Notes: generated by a model not told the origin, from the letters alone. A stretch of 64,000 nt of DNA from an uncultured Rikenellaceae bacterium (GCA_964642615.1 CAZXSW010000006.1:8885-72884), one strand, 5' to 3'; positions 9,322 through 18,935 are shown, counted from the stretch's first letter. Numbers and translations are program-made.

Positions 9322-10404
9322 TTATCGGCGTACACGGGCATTGCCTTTCCATATGCTCCACACCTGTTCTTCATCGGCAGGTTCGCAGTAATCGGTCATC
9401 ACTGTAGTTGCCAGGGCTCCTGTTGCCCAACCGAACTGGATCCATTTGGCCGGTTCCCATCCTTTCAGGATGCCATAAAGAAGACCCCCGACAAAGCCAT
9501 CCCCGCCGCCTATACGGTCGAGTACGTGAATCTCGCGGGGCTCGGCAACATGCCAGTCCTTTCCTTCGCGCATTATGGCTCCCCAAAGGTGTTCATTTGT
9601 GCTTATTACCTGCCTTAGAGTTGTTGCAAAAACTTCTACTCCGGTGAAGACCTTGCCGGCTCTTTCAATCATCTCCTTAAAGCTGTCGACCTTTGAAGAC
9701 AGGTCTTTCCCTCCTTCTTCGGGTCCTTCTATGCCGAGTGCAAGCTGGAAGTCTTCTTCATTCCCTACAAGGATGTCTGCAATACCTGCTATCTCACGAA
9801 AGACAGCTGAGAGCTCTTTCTCCCTGTTTTTCCAGAAGGTGGCCCTGTAGTTCAGGTCAAAGCTTATCCTTGTTCCGTATTTCCGGGCATTTTTTGCCAG
9901 TTCAAGGCAGAAATTACCTGTTTCAGGAGAGAGGGCTGCTATGAGGCCTGAGAGATGCAGTATCTGAACGCCTTCCCTGCCAAAGATCCTGTCAATATCA
10001 AAGTCACCGGCATTAAGGGTTCTTCCCACTTCTCCGGCACGGTCGTTCTGGACCCTCGGGCCGCGCGATCCGTATCCGCTGTCGGCAATGTTGAACTGAT
10101 GCCTGTAACCCCAGGGCCCTCCCTGCTCAACCTCCACACCTTCGTAAACCATGTGTCTCCCGGCAAGGTTGTCGCGGATAATCCTGGCAACGGGACTGTC
10201 TTTGACGAAGGTGGTAAGCACCTTGACGGGCAGTCCGAGAAATGATGATACACTTGCAACATTAGTTTCAGCACTTGTAACATAAAGGCCAAAAGTGCCG
10301 GAAGTATGTACCGGCTGACCGTTTAATGGAGTTATTCGAACTCCCATGCTTGTAGGTACTACCATCGACCAGGTAAAATCTTTCCTTAATTCCATTTTCT
10401 GCAA
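9322..10404 (-). CDS. PfkB-family sugar kinase (2-keto-3-deoxygluconate kinase-like)
   Basis: 360 aa. The C-terminal DRIGGGDGFVGGLLYG matches the PfkB signature (DTxGAGD-type). It starts 39 nt downstream of pgi on the same strand, so it is probably co-transcribed. Confidence 0.75.
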   Translation of the reverse strand: MQKMELRKDFTWSMVVPTSMGVRITPLNGQPVHTSGTFGLYVTSAETNVASVSSFLGLPVKVLTTFVKDSPVARIIRDNLAGRHMVYEGVEVEQGGPWGYRHQFNIADSGYGSRGPRVQNDRAGEVGRTLNAGDFDIDRIFGREGVQILHLSGLIAALSPETGNFCLELAKNARKYGTRISFDLNYRATFWKNREKELSAVFREIAGIADILVGNEEDFQLALGIEGPEEGGKDLSSKVDSFKEMIERAGKVFTGVEVFATTLRQVISTNEHLWGAIMREGKDWHVAEPREIHVLDRIGGGDGFVGGLLYGILKGWEPAKWIQFGWATGALATTVMTDYCEPADEEQVWSIWKGNARVRR

Positions 10405-10443
10405 GAATTTATTTTTAGTTTTTGTAACAGAGTTATTCAGGTC

Positions 10444-11790
10444 TTACTTTCCCAGCCGCCTCCTTATTTTTTCAGCAGCTTCCTCAAATCCGGGTTTGTT
10501 GAGAAGGGCAAACATATTTTTCTTGTAAGCTTCCACACCGGGCTGATCAAATGGATTGACATCGAGAATATAGCCGCTTATCGCACAGGCAATCTCGAAG
10601 AAATATATTAGCTGTCCAATATAAAAAGCGTCAAGCCGGGGCATGTTAACCGCTATTACAGGTACGCCTCCGTCATTATGGGCCAGGGTAGTTCCCGTTT
10701 CGGCCTGACGGTTAATCTCCGACAGGCGTTTCCCGGCAATGTAATTAAGCTGGTCGGAGTCATCGTCCTCATGTGGTATTATAACTTTTTTTGAAATATC
10801 CTTAACTGAGATCATGGTCTCAAAAAGAATTCTCCGGCCTTCCTGGATGTATTGACCGAGGGAGTGCAGGTCAGTGGTAAAGTCGACTGCTGCAGGGAAG
10901 ATGCCTTTACCATCTTTGCCTTCACTTTCGCCAAAGAGCTGTTTCCACCATTCTGATAGGTAGTGAATTTTCGGGGTGAAGCCGACGAGTATTTCTGTTG
11001 TCCGGCCAGCCTGAAGAAGGAGGTTTCTGGCGGCTGCATACATAAGTGCAGGGTTTGTTGAGGCGTCAAGGTTTCTCCTTGTGATCTGTTCCATAGAGCG
11101 GGCTCCTTCTACAAGCATTCTGATATCGTGACCCGCCACGGCAATGGGCAGAAGGCCGGCAGGAGTCAGTACTGAGTATCTGCCGCCGATATCGTCAGGG
11201 ATTACAAAGGTCTCATAATCATTCTGTTTTGCCAGGTTCAGGAGGGCTCCTTTTCCCTTGTCGGTAATTGCAATTATCCTTTTTGAGGCAGCGTCTTTGC
11301 CTATTTTCCTTTCGAGATGCTCCCTGAGTATCCTGAAAGCAATGGCAGGTTCGGTAGTGGTACCCGATTTTGAGATTACAATAATTGAATAGTTACTGTG
11401 ATCGAGTATCTCAGTGAGGTCGGCAAGATAGTCTTCGCATATGTTATGGCCTGCGTAGAGTATGTTGTGGTGCCTGGCCTGAAGCATGCTGATGAAGGTA
11501 TGTGACAGTGCATCGTTCACAGCTCTTGATCCGAGGTATGAACCTCCGATTCCAATGACAACTGTGGTGTCGGATATTGAAGTCAGGCGGGCGGCTGTTT
11601 TCTCAATCTTCTCAAGCTGGGGCAGAATATCACCGGGCAGTGACAACCATCCCAGGAAATCGCTACCTGCTCCGCTACCCTCATTCAGTGTAACAATATG
11701 TCTCGAAGCTTTCTGGGCCAGGGCCATTATTTCTTCGGGTGCAACGAACGATTCTGTATTCCCAAGGTCAACGCTTATGTTCTCTTTCAT
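10444..11790 (-). CDS. pgi: Glucose-6-phosphate isomerase
   Basis: 448 aa with the motifs ISKSGTTTEP, GGRYSVLT and GESEGK typical of PGI. Confidence 0.93.
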   Translation of the reverse strand: MKENISVDLGNTESFVAPEEIMALAQKASRHIVTLNEGSGAGSDFLGWLSLPGDILPQLEKIEKTAARLTSISDTTVVIGIGGSYLGSRAVNDALSHTFISMLQARHHNILYAGHNICEDYLADLTEILDHSNYSIIVISKSGTTTEPAIAFRILREHLERKIGKDAASKRIIAITDKGKGALLNLAKQNDYETFVIPDDIGGRYSVLTPAGLLPIAVAGHDIRMLVEGARSMEQITRRNLDASTNPALMYAAARNLLLQAGRTTEILVGFTPKIHYLSEWWKQLFGESEGKDGKGIFPAAVDFTTDLHSLGQYIQEGRRILFETMISVKDISKKVIIPHEDDDSDQLNYIAGKRLSEINRQAETGTTLAHNDGGVPVIAVNMPRLDAFYIGQLIYFFEIACAISGYILDVNPFDQPGVEAYKKNMFALLNKPGFEEAAEKIRRRLGK

Positions 11791-11821
11791 GGTTGTAATT
11801 ATGTTAATGCTATCCTTACGG

Positions 11822-11829
11822 CAAAGGTA
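11822..11829 (-). promoter_or_regulatory. Candidate -7 promoter element TAnnTTTG (TACCTTTG on the - strand) for pgi
   Basis: The + strand reads CAAAGGTA. It lies 31 nt upstream of the pgi ATG (11790) and immediately downstream of the preceding terminator. Confidence 0.4.
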
Positions 11830-11831
11830 AG

Positions 11832-11864
11832 AAAAAAGCCGTCCGGACTGATCCGGACGGCTTT
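11832..11864 (-). terminator. Rho-independent terminator after the DUF2807-like gene
   Basis: Perfect 13 bp stem AAAGCCGTCCGGA / TCCGGACGGCTTT with a 4 nt loop. Read on the - strand, the hairpin is followed by TTTTTTC. Confidence 0.75.
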
Positions 11865-11897
11865 CAGGTAGGGATAAAATATGTAAAACTGAAGAAA

Positions 11898-12617
11898 CTA
11901 TCTCCTGTGGATTCCTCCTGCGCTTGACGAATGTGCGTTCACATATTCAGGGTTTCCCCTGTAGTTAATGCTTCCGGCACTGGATGCCCTCGCAGAGAGT
12001 TTTTTTGTAACATTTATATCGGCATCGCCGGCACTTGAGACCGATACGTCGGCTTCCCCGACCTCGAGGTTAATGGCATTCAGATCTCCAGCGCTGCTCA
12101 GATCTGCCTTAAGCAACCTGGCTTCGCCGGAAAGAGTTACATCGCCTGAGCTGCTAATGTCGACATCAATCTCTTCGGCTGTTACATCGAGGTTTATGTC
12201 TCCTGCGCTGCTGGCCGAGATCCTAAGCCTGTCAGACCTTATAAGCGTTTCTCCTGTCACATCGCCGGCACTGGTTGCCGATACCGACCTTATCTCTTTC
12301 ATTGTGACATAAACCCTTTTCTGTTCGGCTTTCCTTATTGTAACATCCGTACGGATCTGCAAAACCCCATCCCTCACTTCGGTAATTATATAGTCATGGA
12401 GATTCTCATCAGCTTCAACTATCACTGATTCCCGTTCGCCCTGCCTGAGGTAAACGTCTATGCCTGAACTGACCCTTACTCCGGTGAAGTTTCTGATATC
12501 CCTCTGGTCCTTCACCACATGTCCGTTGCCGTAGACAGTCCTAAGGAACTGGGCACCGGCGCCGGTTGTGATAACCGTAAGAAGGATGGCTGTTGTAAAT
12601 AGTTTTAGACTTTTCAT
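11898..12617 (-). CDS. Secreted DUF2807 / GIN-domain (adhesin-head-like beta-helix) protein
   Basis: 239 aa with a signal peptide (MKSLKLFTTAILLTVITTGAGAQ). The motif S-S-A/S-G-D-V/I/L recurs about every 20 residues, typical of the DUF2807 beta-helix. Confidence 0.7.
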   Translation of the reverse strand: MKSLKLFTTAILLTVITTGAGAQFLRTVYGNGHVVKDQRDIRNFTGVRVSSGIDVYLRQGERESVIVEADENLHDYIITEVRDGVLQIRTDVTIRKAEQKRVYVTMKEIRSVSATSAGDVTGETLIRSDRLRISASSAGDINLDVTAEEIDVDISSSGDVTLSGEARLLKADLSSAGDLNAINLEVGEADVSVSSAGDADINVTKKLSARASSAGSINYRGNPEYVNAHSSSAGGIHRR

Positions 12618-12836
12618 GATATTCCTTTTTTGGTTACTTTTTACTCAAAGACACCGGAAACAAAACAATGTTGCATGAAGTTGTTAAAAACATTCGGGAA
12701 TTTCTCTTACCTGGCTCCAAGGGTCCGATTTACTTAAATGGACCAGGTAAAGTGGTTTGCCTGTAAAAGTCAGGAAAAATGATTGTTGGGTATCGATGTC
12801 TGTTTGAGAAAAATGTTTTAACTTTAATAGAAAAAA

Positions 12837-13820
12837 ATGAACCGGATCTGTTCACTAATTGTGGTCGTGGTTCTTATGGCAGTATCTGGATGCGGGTCGT
12901 CAGATGCTCCGAAGGGACCCTTGCCGGAAGGGCAAAAAGAAAGTAAGAAGGACCTTAAAGGTCAGATCCTGATAGGCGGTGCATATGCGCTTTATCCTCT
13001 GCTGGGAAGTCTGGCTGAAGATTTTATGCAACTTCATCCGGATGTAAAAATCGAAATTGAAAGGACTGCTTCCGGAGAGGGGACTAAGGGCCTCATTGAA
13101 GGGAAGTACCAGCTTGCAATGATTTCAAGTCCTCTTACTGAAGACGAAATCAGTGCAGGGATATGGGAAGTCCCGGTGGCCAAAGACGGAGTAGCTCCCA
13201 TAATAAGCATGTCAAATCCTTATTTTGATCAGTTGTTGAGCCAGGGGATTGATCCCGGGGAGTTTATTAAGGTTTTCACAGGTGATAAGCCTGCTGTATG
13301 GGGAGATCTGCTGGGGAACAACAGCAGGGAAAGGATAGATGTATTTTCGAGGGAGGAAGAATCTGGCGCAGCCACTGTATGGGCTTCTTTTATCTACCGG
13401 AGCGTAAGTGATCTTAAAGGGACCAGAGTGACAGGCGATGATGCCATGATAAAGAGTGTGGGAGAGAATCCTCTGGCCCTGGGATACTGCAATTTATCTT
13501 ATGCCTTTGACCGTAATACAGGAGAAAGGACAGGTAATATCCAGATTGTTCCCGTCGATCTCGACTATGACAACAGGATCGAGAGGAAGGAATTGCCTTT
13601 CAGGAATCTGGAAGAGGCGCACCGCAGCCTGTGGCTTGGTTTCTATCCCGATGTGCTCTGCCGCGAACTTACCCTCGGTTCCATGGGTAAGCCTTCCGAT
13701 GAGGTCATTATTGAATTCATCAGATATGTCCTTACTGAAGGTCAGGATGTTGTAAAGGAGACAGGATACTGCGGGCTTAATAACGTGTATGTTCAGAACT
13801 CACTCGACAGACTCAATTAG
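12837..13820 (+). CDS. PstS-like phosphate/anion-binding periplasmic lipoprotein (orphan, no pstCAB nearby)
   Basis: 327 aa with the lipobox LMAVSGC. GGAYALYPLLGSLAEDF...TASGEGTKGLIEGKYQLAMISSPLT resembles the PBP_like_2/PstS fold. Confidence 0.65.
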   Translation: MNRICSLIVVVVLMAVSGCGSSDAPKGPLPEGQKESKKDLKGQILIGGAYALYPLLGSLAEDFMQLHPDVKIEIERTASGEGTKGLIEGKYQLAMISSPLTEDEISAGIWEVPVAKDGVAPIISMSNPYFDQLLSQGIDPGEFIKVFTGDKPAVWGDLLGNNSRERIDVFSREEESGAATVWASFIYRSVSDLKGTRVTGDDAMIKSVGENPLALGYCNLSYAFDRNTGERTGNIQIVPVDLDYDNRIERKELPFRNLEEAHRSLWLGFYPDVLCRELTLGSMGKPSDEVIIEFIRYVLTEGQDVVKETGYCGLNNVYVQNSLDRLN

Positions 13821-13829
13821 CCTGATTTT

Positions 13830-15524
13830 TTAATAAGTATCTCTTTTCAGGTAATAGACGGTACGTTCACCATTTCTGAAGGCTACAACAAAAGCCTGGT
13901 TGTAACCAAGTTTTCTCATTATGTTCTGGAGGGCCCTGGCTTCGGCAAGGGTGTCGAATTCTCCTACAGTAGTCCTGTAAGCACCCCCGTAGAAATATCC
14001 GTAAGTTTTATATCTGTTGCCTTCGATTATTACCTCAATGCTTTCCTTTGGCGTCATGCTGGCCGAGAACTGTACCCTGTATATAACCCCTTCAATTATC
14101 TCACTGCTGTTTGTGAGATAAATGGCATTTTCCTCGTTAACCCCGGCTTCAGCAGAAGGCTCAGCTGCGGCAACAGTCTTGCCGGAAGAAGGTGTTTCAG
14201 TAACCCGGGCTGTAGTGGTTCTTTCGGGTTCGGGAGGCAGCTTTACCTCAGCAAGAGGCAGATGGGCAAGGGGCTGTTCAGCCACAGCCTCTTCCTTTTT
14301 CTTCATATCTGCTTCGTCTTCCTTAACTACACTTATCTCCTCAACTTCAACCATATCTGTGATTTCTGACACTTCATCGGCATTTGCTAAAGTAACAGGC
14401 TGTTCAATAACCTTTATCAACTCAGGATATTCGACAGGCTGCCGGAGTGAATAGGCAATCTTTTTTTCTCCCGGGCTCTCATCCCTTATAATCATTTCAG
14501 TAATAAGCCCTGTCAGATCCTTATCTCCGGAGGCCTGAGCAGAGGGATCAGGAACCATCTTCATAAGGTTAATGCCATTGGCAACGGTGTTGTCCCTTAC
14601 AGTGAAAAAAGCAGTTTCCCGGCCTATGTTATCAATCCTGAAAGCTATGTCGTCGCCCGCGGTATTCACCCTGTCAGTGAGGTTCACAGCTTCAAACCAG
14701 TTAGTTCCGTCGAGTACAGCTATGTAGATATCATAGCCTCCTGAGCCACCGGTTTTGTCAGAGGAGAAATAGAGGTTGTTCCTGGCGTCGAGGAAAGGAT
14801 ACATCTCATTCCCGTACGAATTTATCTCTGCCCCGAGGTTTCTGGGTTCTGACCAGGCATCACCCTCCCTGAAGGAGATGAAGAGGTCCATCCCTCCGTT
14901 GGTTCCTGCCATGTCGGAGGAGAATACCATAAACGAACCATCAGATGACAGGGCAGGATGAGTAAATGTACTTCCGTCGTTACAGAAGCTGAGTGGTTTT
15001 CCGCGACCTGTCCAGTCAATCTGCCCCGAGGCTGTCAGTCTGACAGCTGCCTCATATATCTTTTCGGGCCTTCGGCGCGACGCTTTTGCGGTGTAATATA
15101 ACCTTGTGAAGTCATTGCTTATAGTTACGGCATCAGCCGGGTAAGGAAAATCTCTGGCAGGAGAAAAAATATTGGTTCCCGCAAATGCAATCTCTCCGGG
15201 CAGAGCAGTGTATGCCTGTATCTTTCCGAAAGAGACATGAGGACTTATCATCTTCTCTTCCATCCTTGAATCGGCAAGGAACAGTATTCTGTTACCTATA
15301 AACTGGATACCGCTTGAAGGGGGAATTATCCTGATATCGGCCGTATCTATTCTTACCGGCTTTTGAGACACTGGTTCCTGGTCTGCGGATTCAGGTACTG
15401 ACATGTCTGAAAAAGAAGCTGGTAATCTCCCGGGGTACAGGGCACCGGCCGCACTGCCGGCTGAAAGTGCCATCAGCAGCAAAGAGAAGAGTTTTACTTT
15501 TATATTTTGTAAAAGCATCACCAT
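13830..15524 (-). CDS. Secreted PD40/TolB-like beta-propeller repeat protein with an acidic linker and a C-terminal SPOR-like domain
   Basis: 564 aa with a signal peptide. It carries PD40-type repeats (FSSDMAGTNGGMDLFIS, YFSSDKTGGSGGYDIYIA). The C-terminal segment YRVQFSAS...AYRTTVGEFDTLAEARALQNIMRKLGYNQAFVVAF resembles SPOR. Its start overlaps the upstream PorP-like gene stop by 7 nt. Confidence 0.6.
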   Translation of the reverse strand: MVMLLQNIKVKLFSLLLMALSAGSAAGALYPGRLPASFSDMSVPESADQEPVSQKPVRIDTADIRIIPPSSGIQFIGNRILFLADSRMEEKMISPHVSFGKIQAYTALPGEIAFAGTNIFSPARDFPYPADAVTISNDFTRLYYTAKASRRRPEKIYEAAVRLTASGQIDWTGRGKPLSFCNDGSTFTHPALSSDGSFMVFSSDMAGTNGGMDLFISFREGDAWSEPRNLGAEINSYGNEMYPFLDARNNLYFSSDKTGGSGGYDIYIAVLDGTNWFEAVNLTDRVNTAGDDIAFRIDNIGRETAFFTVRDNTVANGINLMKMVPDPSAQASGDKDLTGLITEMIIRDESPGEKKIAYSLRQPVEYPELIKVIEQPVTLANADEVSEITDMVEVEEISVVKEDEADMKKKEEAVAEQPLAHLPLAEVKLPPEPERTTTARVTETPSSGKTVAAAEPSAEAGVNEENAIYLTNSSEIIEGVIYRVQFSASMTPKESIEVIIEGNRYKTYGYFYGGAYRTTVGEFDTLAEARALQNIMRKLGYNQAFVVAFRNGERTVYYLKRDTY

Positions 15525-16474
15525 CGGCCGCGTTCTGAATAACCTGAATTATTTCCCCATAAGTTTATGCCTGCTACAATTTCTACTGTAAGGGTTTTTT
15601 TGTAGAATGAAGTGTGGCGAGGGAATTCAAAATATGTTCCGGCATAAAACCTGGGATATCTGAACTGAAAGAAGAATGACAGATTATCAAAGTCGTTTAA
15701 GTAGGTTCCAAGGCAGAAATCCCCGGCATATATCTTCAGGGCAGGCTTAATCCATTTTTTAAGATCGCGTTGCATAGTATCGCCCGATATAAGGAGGAGG
15801 GATGGTTCAAGAACAAGGTTCATACTTCTGCTGAGAAGGAATTTATAGCCGGCATGAAAATAGAAATGTCTCGACCACGGAGCCCTGTAGACAGCCAGTG
15901 TATCGTTTTTTGCCGGAGAACTGAAGATATTTGTCACTGAAAAACCTGCATAGAGCTTTGGTGAATAGTAATAGATACCGGCATCGGCACCTGGATCTGA
16001 GAAATTTGCAGCCTCAAATCCAAGGCTTGTATCGCCGTCGAACCTGTGCCGGTAGGCTTTTGCGGAGGCACCTACTGAAAGGAAGGACAGGTTCCTGCTG
16101 TTAAGAGGTATATGGTATGAAAAAGCAGCAGATGCTCCCGACGAGCGGCTTGAACTGGTATTTTCACTGAACACTGATATTCCTGTACCGATCCTGGTGA
16201 ATTCCTTAAGTCCCGGTGATGATACAAAGCTTCCCTGTTTCTTCATAAGCCTTGTGTTGGCACTTATTATTGCTGCAAAGTCGTTTCCATGAAACGAGGT
16301 TATCATATCGGCAGAAAGGAAGTCTTTGCTTCCTGCAATAGCCGGGTTGAAGACAAAGGGAGTGAACAACCTGTATGAAACAGGAGAAAGCGGGGTCTCC
16401 TGCGAAAAGGAGCCCAGGTAAATGGGAAGGAACAGTAAGATAAGAAAAACCCTTTTTAAAACCGGCATAAGCAT
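15518..16474 (-). CDS. PorP/SprF-family type IX secretion-associated outer-membrane beta-barrel protein
   Basis: 318 aa with a signal peptide. The mature N-terminus QETPLSPVSYRLFTPFVFNPAIAG resembles the PorP/SprF signature (Q..P.FSQY....FNPA.AG). The C-terminal half is rich in aromatic beta-strands. Confidence 0.6.
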   Translation of the reverse strand: MLMPVLKRVFLILLFLPIYLGSFSQETPLSPVSYRLFTPFVFNPAIAGSKDFLSADMITSFHGNDFAAIISANTRLMKKQGSFVSSPGLKEFTRIGTGISVFSENTSSSRSSGASAAFSYHIPLNSRNLSFLSVGASAKAYRHRFDGDTSLGFEAANFSDPGADAGIYYYSPKLYAGFSVTNIFSSPAKNDTLAVYRAPWSRHFYFHAGYKFLLSRSMNLVLEPSLLLISGDTMQRDLKKWIKPALKIYAGDFCLGTYLNDFDNLSFFFQFRYPRFYAGTYFEFPRHTSFYKKTLTVEIVAGINLWGNNSGYSERGRW

Positions 16475-16583
16475 CAGGTAAACTAACTGGTCATATAATT
16501 CTTCTAACGGAGTACAGGTACTTAAAATTTCATTTACACAGCAATTTACATTAAATGCCTGGAAATTTCAATCGTTAATTCCT

Positions 16584-18305
16584 TTATTTCAGCCAATTTG
16601 ATACTTCTTCGGGAGAGGGATTCTGAAGCCCCAGTTTATTTTTCTTATTGTATCCGCATAAGTCATTGAACAGCTTTCCCGGCTTGGCTTCCCTGAGGGA
16701 GGCTAGGGTGGGGAAGCCAAGTTTTCTTACCACCTCAATCCATTCTTCGGGTATCCCTGCTTCCCTGAATTTGCCCGGAGCGTCACCCGACTCTCTTTTT
16801 TCGGGTTTCATCTGGGGAAAGAGAAGTACATCCTGAATCGAAGGCTGGTTTGTAAGCAGCATGGTCAGCCTGTCGATACCGATTCCCATCCCTGAAGTAG
16901 GAGGCATCCCGTATTCAAGAGCCCTGACAAAATCGTGATCGATAAACATAGCTTCATCATCCCCCTTTTCAGAGAGCCTGAGCTGATCCTGGAACCTTTC
17001 CATCTGATCAACCGGGTCGTTGAGTTCCGAATATGCATTTGCTATTTCCTTACCGTTGATCATAAGTTCAAAACGTTCAGTCAGGCCCGCTTTGCTCCTG
17101 TGCATCTTGGTGAGTGGAGATGTTTCGGTGGGGTAGTCAATGATGAAGGTTGGCTGAATGTATGTATGTTCACATTTCTCTCCGAAAAGAGCATCTATGA
17201 GTTTCCCTTTGCCCATCTCGGGAGAGTGTTCCACACCCAGACTGTCACATACATTTCTTAATTCATTCTCATCCATACCCGAAATGTCGGTTCCTGTATT
17301 TTCCCTTATTGCATCAGTCATGCTTATCTTTTTATAGGGAGGTTCCAGGCTTATTGTCTTGTCGCCATATACTATCTCTGTCTTTCCATGCAGGTCTATA
17401 GCGGCTTTCCGTATCAGTTCCTCAGTAAAGCCCATCATCCAGTTGTAATCCTTGTACGACACGTATATTTCAAGAACAGTGAATTCAGGGTTATGGGTAC
17501 GGTCCATGCCTTCATTACGGAAGTCTTTTGCAAATTCATAAACTCCTTCAAAGCCTCCCACAATAAGTCTCTTAAGGTATAGTTCGTTTGCAATCCTCAG
17601 ATATAGGGGCATGTCGAGGGTGTTATGATGGGTTATGAAGGGCCGTGCGGCAGCTCCTCCGGGTATGGGCTGAAGAATGGGTGTCTCAACTTCGAGATAG
17701 CCTCGCGAATTGAAGAGTTCGCGCATCGACTGTATTATCCTGGTTCTTTTCCTGAATACATCACGTACCTGAGGATTGACAATAAGATCGACATATCTCT
17801 GCCTGTATCTCATCTCAGGGTCAGTAACAGCATCATAGAGAACTCCGTCTTTTTCCTTAACAATGGGAAGTGGCCTGATCGACTTGCTCAGCACCGTGAA
17901 TTCCTTTACGTGAACGGTGATCTCTCCCATCTGGGTCCGGAACACATGCCCCCTGACTCCGATTATGTCGCCGATGTCGAGCAGCCTTTTGAAAACAGTG
18001 TTGTACATGGTCTTGTCCTCACCAGGGCATATGTCATCACGACGTACATAGATCTGGATCCTTCCCGAAGAGTCCATCAGTTCAGCAAATGATGCATTGC
18101 CCATTATGCGTCTGCTCATTATGCGTCCAGCAAGGCAGACATCACTGTACATTTCGCTTCCCGAATCAAAGTTATCAAGGATTTCCTGTGACAGGATATT
18201 AACGGGATATTCAGCTGCAGGATAGGGATCTATGCCCAGTTTCCTCAATTCGTTGACAGATTCTCTCCTTATCTGTTCCTGTTCACTTAGAATATGGTTA
18301 CTCAT
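16584..18305 (-). CDS. lysS: Lysine--tRNA ligase (class II)
   Basis: 573 aa with the class II motifs FRNEG and GIGIDRL plus an OB-fold N-terminus. A C-terminal extension is present, as is common in Bacteroidota LysS. Confidence 0.95.
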   Translation of the reverse strand: MSNHILSEQEQIRRESVNELRKLGIDPYPAAEYPVNILSQEILDNFDSGSEMYSDVCLAGRIMSRRIMGNASFAELMDSSGRIQIYVRRDDICPGEDKTMYNTVFKRLLDIGDIIGVRGHVFRTQMGEITVHVKEFTVLSKSIRPLPIVKEKDGVLYDAVTDPEMRYRQRYVDLIVNPQVRDVFRKRTRIIQSMRELFNSRGYLEVETPILQPIPGGAAARPFITHHNTLDMPLYLRIANELYLKRLIVGGFEGVYEFAKDFRNEGMDRTHNPEFTVLEIYVSYKDYNWMMGFTEELIRKAAIDLHGKTEIVYGDKTISLEPPYKKISMTDAIRENTGTDISGMDENELRNVCDSLGVEHSPEMGKGKLIDALFGEKCEHTYIQPTFIIDYPTETSPLTKMHRSKAGLTERFELMINGKEIANAYSELNDPVDQMERFQDQLRLSEKGDDEAMFIDHDFVRALEYGMPPTSGMGIGIDRLTMLLTNQPSIQDVLLFPQMKPEKRESGDAPGKFREAGIPEEWIEVVRKLGFPTLASLREAKPGKLFNDLCGYNKKNKLGLQNPSPEEVSNWLK

Positions 18306-18325
18306 ACTGCTTTAAAAAATTTGTG

Positions 18326-18333
18326 CAAAGATA
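18326..18333 (-). promoter_or_regulatory. Candidate -7 promoter element TAnnTTTG (TATCTTTG on the - strand) for lysS
   Basis: The + strand reads CAAAGATA, 20 nt upstream of the lysS ATG. A CTTG lies 19 bp further upstream as a possible -33 element. Confidence 0.5.
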
Positions 18334-18413
18334 TGTAAAATAGCTGCTTCTGCAAGAATACAGAATTACTCTAAGGGAAGGATTAGTTAACCGCGCGTTG
18401 ACGGATGGTCTGC

Positions 18414-18860
18414 CTAGTTGCCTGATAGTAACGAGAGAGAAGATCCGGCCAAGGCCAGAGCAAAAAGGTAGGTTGAGATAATTAGCAGAGCCGTTATTCC
18501 TACGTAGGCGAAGAACAACCTGAGGTCCCTGAAAGCTTTTGTAAGTTCGCCGGGTTTGGAATTCTGAATATAGTTTCGGGTACGTCTTGAAAAACGGAAA
18601 AGGAACAGTACTGATAAAAAGCCGGAAACAACTGCGATTGCCGAAGCTGCCAGCAGAATTGATTCAAACAGGCCAAGAGGCGTCTCGTCAGGCTTGAAGA
18701 GAGTAAGAAAGGTTGTAGTAAGAAGGCTCATAAGCACAAGTGAACCAAGTACAATGAAGCCAATGACCGAAAGGAACATTGTCCATTTCCATGTGGCGGT
18801 CAGGTTGCTTACTATGCCGGCGGGTATACCGTTTTTTGTTTCTTCAGAAAGGTTTTCCAT
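18414..18860 (-). CDS. Hypothetical membrane protein (about 3 TM helices)
   Basis: 148 aa with three long hydrophobic segments. I recognise no enzymatic motif. Confidence 0.5.
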   Translation of the reverse strand: MENLSEETKNGIPAGIVSNLTATWKWTMFLSVIGFIVLGSLVLMSLLTTTFLTLFKPDETPLGLFESILLAASAIAVVSGFLSVLFLFRFSRRTRNYIQNSKPGELTKAFRDLRLFFAYVGITALLIISTYLFALALAGSSLSLLSGN

Positions 18861-18927
18861 CGTTTTACCGAAAAAACCTGATTCATTCCGGCTGAACTTT
18901 TAATCATTCCCGGGTCAGGTTCCGAAG

Positions 18928-18935
18928 CAAATATA
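18928..18935 (-). promoter_or_regulatory. Candidate -7 promoter element TAnnTTTG (TATATTTG on the - strand)
   Basis: The + strand reads CAAATATA, 68 nt upstream of the ATG at 18860. Confidence 0.3.

Noticed and set aside
9271-10292. A cluster of short ORFs on both strands overlapping the PfkB kinase gene (9271-9618, 9408-9647, 9575-9850, 9693-9944, 9939-10292, 9955-10245).
   Set aside because: The 360 aa - strand ORF carries the PfkB signature and spans the whole region. The others are Pro/Arg/Ser-rich artefacts of locally higher GC content.
12700-12760. Apparent small hairpin (TACCTGG...CCAGGTA / GGTCC...GGACC) in the DUF2807/PstS divergent spacer.
   Set aside because: The two candidate pairings share the same right-arm nucleotides and are only 5-7 bp with large loops. 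That is not distinguishable from chance.
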